Shown: positions 47,001 to 56,243 of the stretch, one piece after another
Layout: every line of letters starts with the position of its first letter
Position numbering within the stretch: the stretch's first letter is position 1
Virus record (IMG/VR): IMGVR_UViG_3300029415_000001
DNA from: a virus
Lineage: Duplodnaviria; Heunggongvirae; Uroviricota; Caudoviricetes
Reading direction: 5' to 3' (one strand)
DNA: 64,000 bases
Program-made: the position numbers and the translations under genes
Notes under the pieces: model-generated
What the model saw: the letters and a program-made list of their open reading frames with translations, nothing else
Told to the model about the DNA's origin: nothing
Database searches by the model: none

Positions 47001-47838
47001 CCATCTCTGCCGGATGTTTGCGCATCAGCACCACATCTACGACCGTACTGGTCCCGTTTGCGTCAAAAGTACCGGTAGGCAAGCGGTGGGCACCAAGAAA
47101 TTCAGCTTTACGGGATAGGCGCAGGCGTAACCGCTTCATGTTTGAACCTGAAACAATGGACGGCGGCACAATCACACACATGAATCCGCCAGGCTTTATC
47201 TTGTCCAACATGCGGAGCATGAAGTAAGACCCCATGTCCGTTTCTTCTGCGTAAGGTTTATCGATGTTGCGTGTGTTATCACGACCACCGAACGGAACGT
47301 TACCCACCACATGGTCGAATGAATCGTTAGGCGTGCTTACAGCCAGCTGTTCAAACGGGGAAATCTGTACGCTGTCTTCCGGGTGTAACAGCTGGTTTAT
47401 ACGACCGGAAACACTGCTGATCTCAGTCGCGGTCATCACCGTACCAACCGGTTTTGTCTCATTAAAAACGCCGGTGCCCGCCGATGGTTCCAGAGTGTTA
47501 CCTACGTCCGCACCATAGAGCTTCATGATCTCCCAGACGCCTTCAGCGATAGGCTTTGGTGTGTAATATTCGGAGACGGACCCGCCAATGCCGCCTTCAC
47601 CGGTGTACCCAGCCAGGATCTGGCGCTGTTCATCTGTCAGTGTCGCGCCATCCACCAGCGAATTAAGCAAATCTATCGCCTTCTGATTCGCCTCCCGGCG
47701 TAGTCGGTCATAGCTTTTGCCTTCCACCTTTTCCACGCCGTATCTAATCGGCGCTCGGTGAGATGTTATTGCCCTAATGTATTTCAATATTTCGCTGACA
47801 CTTGAACAGCGAAACACCCCCATAGATAGCTTGTTCAT
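41071..47838 (-). CDS. darB: DarB-like antirestriction protein: N-terminal N6-adenine methyltransferase plus SF2 helicase domains
   Basis: 2255 aa (same length as P1 DarB as recalled); MTase motifs (EPSAGTGVF, GNVPFGG), helicase motifs (GFGTGLGKTT). Confidence 0.85.
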   Translation of the reverse strand: MNKLSMGVFRCSSVSEILKYIRAITSHRAPIRYGVEKVEGKSYDRLRREANQKAIDLLNSLVDGATLTDEQRQILAGYTGEGGIGGSVSEYYTPKPIAEGVWEIMKLYGADVGNTLEPSAGTGVFNETKPVGTVMTATEISSVSGRINQLLHPEDSVQISPFEQLAVSTPNDSFDHVVGNVPFGGRDNTRNIDKPYAEETDMGSYFMLRMLDKIKPGGFMCVIVPPSIVSGSNMKRLRLRLSRKAEFLGAHRLPTGTFDANGTSTVVDVVLMRKHPAEMAEKIPLVDESTLESANVLWPTFISGKWFEKDGRRFVHGTQEKGFQGRIEVRADGQIDNQALKAKLIHRFESRIDWSLLDMAEPSPTADVVDEGEMRLINGVWQKYAGGRWIEADAGKELKIDAASYGADSWEALQRNLTTTEGRLGMTFTQMANVRDKYTTSISDDMVQLVDWINSQPEKYRERLYRGAMIGRMLIEYQDMKAAGHSAEQIEQQRLSLVSRLQAEIDRFGNPGRGPIAKLSGSGARAWFAFRGAIKLDGTISDELTGKLVTHDSSASYDSTSYQDTLRYLYSDLTRDPIQLDDFRLAFTGELPASDDELLNLLASTPGIAVSPYGGIVPFARATSGNINEIVAPKQEFLATLPDGPVKNNVLNQLAAIEEKRIKTPAENIRFKLNSRWFDRSVILEFLQENGYPDLRYVQSVQLEGDEMVSDTYHGGDGLFVGHRYGVVQRKDKETGEIRYEWDRKSGENATGFPAQLEKYLNGARIGGKDSATANGYREQMALLEDQFNKWIKTHDRYDELVAKYNDVFNSNIPYEHSGDPLGLKGLSGKRQPFDYQNSEVRRLSEDGRGILGFGTGLGKTTTALALEAFNYENGRSTRTAYVVPKSVLENWYYEAKEFLSEEAFSNYLFVGLDVLMDGDQIRQVPVLDENGKPVLGTDGTPVMRDALKLADEATITARMNAIPHSNYRAVVFTKEQYARIPLRDDTVDEHAQDMLYDFVAAGRVASAMDSDSHRKEAARRRVLSEYSDTGTEKAEKYPYFEDMGFDSVIADEGHNYRNSYKNGREASQLAYLPTSAVAQSARDMAIKNAYLMKKNGGRGPVLLTATPVVNTPIDAYNMLSHVLPKEYWQKMGIYGPDDFVKFFGKTRLETVQKISGEVEEKMALVGFENLDALRGIFHRWVTLKTAEDVKDTVEIPELDEHQQDAPLTEEQLAAYEELRQQAEAAAKANNGVTTSVNEDGVIEHEKARPIFSIIRDMDRVCTDMDLYYRRITYRFLPEYADAVQQLADSLPKQATSEDDDSDDSITQQSQYSLIDKGEFIQLQVPEAFEQEVNKRLARFGIDEQTVTHPVTPKYAKLIATLKEFFPEGKQIIFTDEKTQHQKLKRIICNALNLEPSKVGILNAQTVAEAGKTGKKLKAVKPPKELPDEPTDAQIAKYNEQMALYDAYIAQQNEMSLGGLEKIAADFQEGRTPIIICNKKAEVGINLHRGTTDIHHLTLPWTPASIAQRNGRGARVGSNRASVRVHYYCGKGSFDEYRLKTLKRKAGWISDILRSDKSEMENADANDMIEMQMYTAKDDGERLAMMQVQMDKAKAAKRARQKEQATIDLQNYIKAQHAAGEDVEVLTAELERSKAELEKTTAEVAKFKQAAMAKAADNADWKARWGSVHHTDRMLLAQYRASLKSAIQRKANISQAISRYEKLLNRTQKAATDIKRLRPLVEDAINKGILDVDPDLVNHANEFLVIGDRSWRVGQYYDCAGDIVRIKSLDFDSQRADVEIIFTFKGTKSGNWDVKTLDKQVDVTPDEDAVMQKISGGVSIAGINDIISCDDFYRFQQRGMIKITDSYGVQTTESGYSIDFVGTYTAPLKHAVYPDRRDGALKSSIAKWVLGMMSEGNNRQIRSAETFLVELFGSNYGDVIASYGDTLSPEAIQEKIVDAIAKMPEKTSQGATRNGDSELEVTNAIFGTHEFRASDYEITTAQFGTIGIYSNKAEIKQAMDAASARIAAEREANLNHAVAALTQSWVTAIREAATTGKITPAIADVVNDGSKFMDAYQMDAVQLPSAYGQLSYRMTYNLVSMFSDLAILGLVDLNEVTPELLSIRKNHVEILQRINTVLAGRTDEEKQADADRINLALGNITEEEIAARNEKQEELSSIQGDATSIAQSLGLNYRVSTADLKMMYAPKFAAGEVFGLQEASGMKGVLFRAKDAIKAKFGARWLPAKAKNSDFPGNWWIIETKHNVADVLAVIQQYA

Positions 47839-47849
47839 TGGTAATCCTT

Positions 47850-47871
47850 AACAAGTGACTAGTGTTAAATT
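47850..47871 (+). promoter_or_regulatory. candidate late promoter upstream of prt (AACAAGTGA-N7-TAAATT)
   Basis: Conserved motif shared with the lyz and 14699 operon upstream regions. Confidence 0.5.
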
Positions 47872-47904
47872 CCGTTCAAACACGATGCGAATTATTCTAA
47901 TTAA

Positions 47905-50635
<2,731 letters not shown>

Positions 50636-50926
50636 CCACCAAAAATAACCCCGGCGGCTGCCGGGGGTATCGTTAACTATTATCGCCTTCGCCTGCGTGC
50701 CATATATTTGCGCACCGCGCGGCGTGGACAATCTGAAGCGGTTTCTTTCTGTTGCATCAATCTCGCAGCCATGCTCAAAAATGTCAGGCACAGCCGAAGC
50801 TCGGCATACAATAGCGGTTCCAGTGGCCACGTCTCATTGAGCACATATACCGCCATGAAAATCGAGTCAAAAACTATCGCCGCCAGCGATAACTTCATTG
50901 TCGAAAGTCGGCGGAGCTGCCGGAGT

Positions 50927-51484
50927 TTATTCATTGACCAGCCCCGTCAGGCAAAGCTGGCGTTCATTTTCACGGCGAATCTTTAACCCAGGCAGGGGGA
51001 CGCCGTTACTGTTCACAAAATCAGGGAGATGGTTACACATATTCACCCATTCCCCTTTCTGCGCCCACTTGTGGATGGACGTTTCGACTCGCATGCCTCG
51101 CGCTTTGCTGTAGTAGGCCCGTAAACTATTGCATCCCATATTGAATGCCGCGCTTGTCATTGCGCTGAAGGCATTATCGGGCATGTCTTTGCCCCGGAAG
51201 TGCTGGTTAATACAGCGTTCAGCGATCAGGATATTCTTTTCCCAATCAGCGGCGATTTGCTGGTCTGTTTTTCGCACACCCGGCGTTACCCCGTGTGTAT
51301 TACCGATCCCGTCAGTCCATACCCCTGCCGGGCACATGTATGGATCACGTCGGCAACCTTCAGCGTTTCCGATAAGCTCAAGCCCCGCCTGGTTGGTTCG
51401 CACATTGCCATTACCCATCACGATGGTAATCATCACCGCGATAGCGCAAATTGCACCGCCTCCTGCGGCTGTTTTTCCCTTCAT
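50927..51484 (-). CDS. lyz: SAR endolysin (lysozyme) Lyz
   Basis: 185-aa product matching P1 Lyz as recalled (MKGKTAAGGGAICAIAVMITIVMGNGNVRTNQAGLELIGNAEGCRRDPY...); track ORF over-extended to 51829. Confidence 0.95.
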   Translation of the reverse strand: MKGKTAAGGGAICAIAVMITIVMGNGNVRTNQAGLELIGNAEGCRRDPYMCPAGVWTDGIGNTHGVTPGVRKTDQQIAADWEKNILIAERCINQHFRGKDMPDNAFSAMTSAAFNMGCNSLRAYYSKARGMRVETSIHKWAQKGEWVNMCNHLPDFVNSNGVPLPGLKIRRENERQLCLTGLVNE

Positions 51485-51572
51485 AAAGACCTCATAAGCG
51501 AATTTTTTACGCTCCAGGACAAACACCCATTCACAGCCATTACCGACTGACTCGATCCCTTTAGAAGGCACA

Positions 51573-51594
51573 GGATAATGCAAATCACTTGTTA
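51573..51594 (-). promoter_or_regulatory. candidate late promoter upstream of lyz (AACAAGTGA-N7-TATCCT on minus strand)
   Basis: Motif match. Confidence 0.45.
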
Positions 51595-51617
51595 GCCACG
51601 TTTCAAAGATATACATT

Positions 51618-51634
51618 ATTGCTCTAATTAATTT
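51618..51634 (+). promoter_or_regulatory. C1 operator-like site (ATTGCTCTAATTAATTT) upstream of ssb
   Basis: Consensus match. Confidence 0.55.
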
Positions 51635-51653
51635 ATTTTGTTGGGTAAGAAAA

Positions 51654-52142
51654 GTGGCACAACGCGGTGTAAACAAAGTCATCCTGATTGGTACCCTGGG
51701 ACAAGACCCAGATATCAGGTATATACCAAATGGCGGAGCAGTCGGAAGACTCAGCATCGCAACGAATGAATCATGGCGCGACAAGCAAACAGGCAAACAG
51801 AAAGAGCAAACAGAATGGCATAAAGTCATTTTGTTCGGAAAAATTGCTGAAATTACGAGTGAATATTTACGAAAAGGTTCTCAGGTCTACATCGAAGGGA
51901 AACTTAAAACCCGTAAGTGGACAGATGATGCCGGTGTAGAACGTTACACGACGGAAATTATCGTCAGCCAGGGCGGCACTATGCAAATGATCGGCGCTCG
52001 CCGCGACGATTCACAATTCTCAAATGGCTGGGGGCAGTCAAACCAACCTCAAAACCACCAGCAATACAGCGGTGGCGGTAAACCTCAGAGCAACGCCAAT
52101 AGCGAACCTCCAATGGACTTTGAAGACGATATTCCATTTTGA
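51654..52142 (+). CDS. ssb: single-stranded DNA-binding protein
   Basis: OB-fold SSB ([20 protein letters not shown]), Gly/Gln-rich linker, acidic C-terminal DDIPF tail; GTG start. Confidence 0.95.
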   Translation: MAQRGVNKVILIGTLGQDPDIRYIPNGGAVGRLSIATNESWRDKQTGKQKEQTEWHKVILFGKIAEITSEYLRKGSQVYIEGKLKTRKWTDDAGVERYTTEIIVSQGGTMQMIGARRDDSQFSNGWGQSNQPQNHQQYSGGGKPQSNANSEPPMDFEDDIPF

Positions 52143-53366
52143 GAGGGCTGAAAGTTGCTCGATTACTTAAAAATAACTTTACCTAATTGGTGTAAAAAAA
52201 TGGGCGCAACAAAGCGCCCCAACAATAGAGTTTCAAATTAATAAAAAGGTAATAAATAACATGAAGTTAAATTGAGAAGAGGCAATTTTATTGCCTCTTC
52301 AAAGGTGGCATGAGGGTGCCACCTATATGCGGGCAGTGACATCACTCCCTTCCCGCATATTCTTACCTACCAAAATTAGAATTGGTAGGTCATACCAACA
52401 GCAACGATGTTGTCGGTTGCAACGCCAGATTTTTTGGTAAAATCACTTTCATCGATCAGGTTGATCTTATAGTCAACGAAAGTGGACATATTCTTGTTAA
52501 AGTAATAAGTCGCGCCCACGTCGATGTATTCAACCAGATCCTGGTTACCGAACGCACCAATATTTTCACCGCGAGAGTGTAGGTAAGCGATGGACGGACG
52601 CAGGCCGAAATCAAACTGGTATTGAGCAACGGCTTCAAAGTTTTTCGCCTTGTTCGCGATATGGTCATCACCGAAGACTGTCATATTCTGAGTTTCAGAA
52701 TAAGTTGTAGCCAGGTAAATGTTGTTTGCATCATATTTCAGGCCCGTAGCCCATACTTCAGCAGTTTTACCAGAGGCATTCAGAGGGCTGGCTTTAGCAT
52801 AGGATACCTGTCCATCAGTACGGTCAGATTTTGCATAGGTTGCAGCAACGCCAAATCCTTCATAATCGTAAGTAGCTGACAGACCAAAGCCATCACCATT
52901 AGATTCAACTTCGTCGCGGCCTTTCCAGTTGTTCACTTTTGCAGCACTATCATTTTTACCTTGATACTGCAAAGCAAAGTTCAGACCATCAACCAAGCCG
53001 AAGAAATTATTGTTACGATAGGTCGCGACGCCAGTAGCACGCTGGGTCATAAATACATCAGTCTGAGTCCAGGTATCTCCACCAAACTCCGGCAGCACGT
53101 CAGTCCAAGCGCCAACATCATAAGCTACACCGTAGTTGCGACCATAGTCGAGCGAACCATAATCGCCAAAGCGAAGCCCTGCAAACGCAAGACGAGTTTT
53201 ATCTTTATCAGAACCTTCAGTTTCAGAACGGTTACCTTTAAATTCGTACTCCCACTGACCAAAACCGGTTAACTGGTCATTAATCTGAGTTTCACCTTTG
53301 AAACCCATACGAGCATAAGTTTTATCCCCGTCATCACTAGCCGAAGAAGAGAAGTAATGCTCTGCA

Positions 53367-54695
53367 CTGATGAATCCCCTAATGATTTTGGTAAAAATCA
53401 TTAAGTTAAGGTGGATACACATCTTGTCATATGATCAAATGGTTTCGCGAAAAATCAATAATCAGACAACAAGATGTGCGAACTCGATATTTTACACGAC
53501 TCTCTTTACCAATTCTGCCCCGAATTACACTTAAAACGACTCAACAGCTTAACGTTGGCTTGCCACGCATTACTTGACTGTAAAACTCTCACTCTTACCG
53601 AACTTGGCCGTAACCTGCCAACCAAAGCGAGAACAAAACATAACATCAAACGAATCGACCGATTGTTAGGTAATCGTCACCTCCACAAAGAGCGACTCGC
53701 TGTATACCGTTGGCATGCTAGCTTTATCTGTTCGGGCAATACGATGCCCATTGTACTTGTTGACTGGTCTGATATTCGTGAGCAAAAACGACTTATGGTA
53801 TTGCGAGCTTCAGTCGCACTACACGGTCGTTCTGTTACTCTTTATGAGAAAGCGTTCCCGCTTTCAGAGCAATGTTCAAAGAAAGCTCATGACCAATTTC
53901 TAGCCGACCTTGCGAGCATTCTACCGAGTAACACCACACCGCTCATTGTCAGTGATGCTGGCTTTAAAGTGCCATGGTATAAATCCGTTGAGAAGCTGGG
54001 TTGGTACTGGTTAAGTCGAGTAAGAGGAAAAGTACAATATGCAGACCTAGGAGCGGAAAACTGGAAACCTATCAGCAACTTACATGATATGTCATCTAGT
54101 CACTCAAAGACTTTAGGCTATAAGAGGCTGACTAAAAGCAATCCAATCTCATGCCAAATTCTATTGTATAAATCTCGCTCTAAAGGCCGAAAAAATCAGC
54201 GCTCGACACGGACTCATTGTCACCACCCGTCACCTAAAATCTACTCAGCGTCGGCAAAGGAGCCATGGGTTCTAGCAACTAACTTACCTGTTGAAATTCG
54301 AACACCCAAACAACTTGTTAATATCTATTCGAAGCGAATGCAGATTGAAGAAACCTTCCGAGACTTGAAAAGTCCTGCCTACGGACTAGGCCTACGCCAT
54401 AGCCGAACGAGCAGCTCAGAGCGTTTTGATATCATGCTGCTAATCGCCCTGATGCTTCAACTAACATGTTGGCTTGCGGGCGTTCATGCTCAGAAACAAG
54501 GTTGGGACAAGCACTTCCAGGCTAACACAGTCAGAAATCGAAACGTACTCTCAACAGTTCGCTTAGGCATGGAAGTTTTGCGGCATTCTGGCTACACAAT
54601 AACAAGGGAAGACTTACTCGTGGCTGCAACCCTACTAGCTCAAAATTTATTCACACATGGTTACGCTTTGGGGAAATTATGAGGGGATCTCTCAG
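53367..54695 (+). mobile_element. IS10 (1329 bp) with 9-bp target-site duplication TGCTCTGCA
   Basis: Ends CTGATGAATCCCCTAATGATTTT and ...GAGGGGATCTCTCAG; identical 9-mer at 53358-53366 and 54696-54704. Confidence 0.97.
53474..54682 (+). CDS. IS10 transposase
   Basis: 402 aa beginning MCELDILHDSLYQFCPELHLKRLNSLTLACHALLDCKTLTLTELGRNL. Confidence 0.97.
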   Translation: MCELDILHDSLYQFCPELHLKRLNSLTLACHALLDCKTLTLTELGRNLPTKARTKHNIKRIDRLLGNRHLHKERLAVYRWHASFICSGNTMPIVLVDWSDIREQKRLMVLRASVALHGRSVTLYEKAFPLSEQCSKKAHDQFLADLASILPSNTTPLIVSDAGFKVPWYKSVEKLGWYWLSRVRGKVQYADLGAENWKPISNLHDMSSSHSKTLGYKRLTKSNPISCQILLYKSRSKGRKNQRSTRTHCHHPSPKIYSASAKEPWVLATNLPVEIRTPKQLVNIYSKRMQIEETFRDLKSPAYGLGLRHSRTSSSERFDIMLLIALMLQLTCWLAGVHAQKQGWDKHFQANTVRNRNVLSTVRLGMEVLRHSGYTITREDLLVAATLLAQNLFTHGYALGKL

Positions 54696-55062
54696 TGCTC
54701 TGCATTAACTTTGCCGTACAGATCCAGTTTGTTACCGTCTTTGTTATAGATTTCTGCCGCTTGTGCAGACATTGCCATCAGAACAGATGCTGCAACCGTA
54801 GAAAGTGCCACTGTAATTTTTTTCATTTTTTTTCCTTTAGATTGAACTTTTCAACAGAAAAGAAGTCACTTAGGGGAGATGTTTATCTTTTTTTGATTTA
54901 CATTTCAAGTTTTTTAAATAAATATCGAGATATTTTCGTGATCAGGATCACAAAAACACCATTGCAAACCAATTAATTATTAGGATGGTATTAATAATAT
55001 AGAGTAAAAAATAACACTAAGGCCAAATCGCAACCAGAAACAACAGCGCAGTATAAAACACG

Positions 55063-55831
55063 GGTAGTGCATCCAATTAGTAGAACATGTGTTTTTCGAT
55101 AAACGCTCCGATCACTTTTTCGTGGATCTCAACTGAGCGTGAGAAGCAGATTGTTTTTTACGAGCCAACTGCTTAATGCGGGTGCGTAGCGTCAGATTAT
55201 TACGCTCAATGCGTTGGGTGAATATTTTGCCGGTCAGATGCTTATTCTTCGCCCCCCCCCCGGCCATAGCTGCCCCTGTCATCGCTGGTGAGCATGCCGA
55301 TGTTGAAGGGTGTAAGCAGTGCCAGTAGCTCCCGGCACGCTTGATCGGTTCGGGGACCAAAAGTGTAGGCCAGTACACCGCCTGTTTTGGTGTTGTACGC
55401 GTACCAGAGCCAGTGTTGCCGGGCTTTACTGCCAACGTAGCTCCATTGCTCATCAAGCTCGCAGATAAGCGCCACATCAGCATGGGCAACAGGAGAAGAA
55501 GTTATTCGCGTTGGCGCGAGTTTTTTAAAGTCCGGATGACGGTGCTAATACCAATTTTCAGTGTCCTGGCGGTATCGCGAACCCCGGCACCATTAAAGGC
55601 CATTTCAGTGATCAGCTCTTTCATACCCGGCTTACGTGCTTGATAAGTATAAGTGAGCTGAAACACACGGTGGCAGTCACGGCAGCGAAATCTGTCACGG
55701 CCTTTAGGGTTCTGACCATGGCGGTAAACCCGAGCTAACTGACAACGGGGACAATGAATATTAACGCTGGCTATGAGATAACCTCAAAAGCCCATATTAT
55801 ACATCAGATTCAACTAATTAGAGGCATCACC
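55063..55831 (-). mobile_element. IS1-family element (769 bp), divergent and probably inactive
   Basis: InsA-like frame (…SVNIHCPRCQ…VRDTARTLKIGI…) begins with ATA not ATG; InsB-like frames (MALICELDEQW..., ...YTQRIERNNL...) split by a C10 tract at 55251-55261; imperfect terminal IRs GGTAGTGCATCCAATTAG / GGTGATGCCTCTAATTAG; no clean TSD found. Confidence 0.8.
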
Positions 55832-55931
55832 AGAAATGGCTTGCTTCCATAGCCTAAAGCAAGCCACAACACATTTACCTTAAGTACACAATTAACATAC
55901 CAGAACAGATTATTTTTGCACAATCAGGGAG

Positions 55932-56243
55932 TTAATATACGATCTGGTCTACATGATCACCAAAATCATCATCGTCGTCGTCATCATCGCCACCATCTAC
56001 TGCTGGCCAATCAACAAACCAGCCAGCGTAAAGATGCAGCGTTCGGAGAACATCACTTGCGGGAGCATCAAGGGTGTTAACGAATCCCATATAGCTATTG
56101 GGATTTGCCCCAGCTATGGCTTCAGCGATCATGTCCTCGGTAATGTCACCGGAGATAATGCTTAAACGCTCGGAAACTTCTTCATTATCATCAAATTCGA
56201 TAATGGCATTTCCGCCTAATGGCGCTGCGATTTTAATCTGCAT
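55932..56243 (-). CDS. small acidic protein with poly-Asp tract (103 aa)
   Basis: ORF track; last gene of the minus-strand darA-type operon. Confidence 0.5.
   Translation of the reverse strand: MQIKIAAPLGGNAIIEFDDNEEVSERLSIISGDITEDMIAEAIAGANPNSYMGFVNTLDAPASDVLRTLHLYAGWFVDWPAVDGGDDDDDDDDFGDHVDQIVY

Larger units (their letters stand above)
52376..54826 (-). pseudogene. Lc/NmpC/OmpD-type general porin gene disrupted by IS10 (N-terminal part 54826-54705, C-terminal part 53366-52376)
   Basis: Signal peptide [23 protein letters not shown] plus [17 protein letters not shown] on one side of IS10 and the rest of the barrel ending ...GMTYQF on the other; the two parts join in frame (1113 nt, 370 aa) once IS10 and one TSD copy are removed. 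Confidence 0.9.

Noticed and set aside
41202-47518. Numerous plus-strand track ORFs (60-180 aa) inside darB, and similar antisense ORFs inside hsdR, hsdM, ddrB and darA
   Set aside because: Embedded antisense to long genes with strong homology; no RBS support; typical shadow ORFs.
50927-51829. 300-aa track ORF for the lysozyme
   Set aside because: The upstream 115 codons are open frame without homology; the SAR endolysin begins at Met116 (51484).
52376-53422. Track ORF presenting the porin as an intact 348-aa gene
   Set aside because: Its first 19 codons read into the IS10 left end; the true N-terminus lies on the other side of IS10.
55251-55261. C10 tract as a deliberate phase-variation switch
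   Set aside because: Cannot distinguish from a homopolymer sequencing error or simple decay within an IS element; kept only as a flagged observation.
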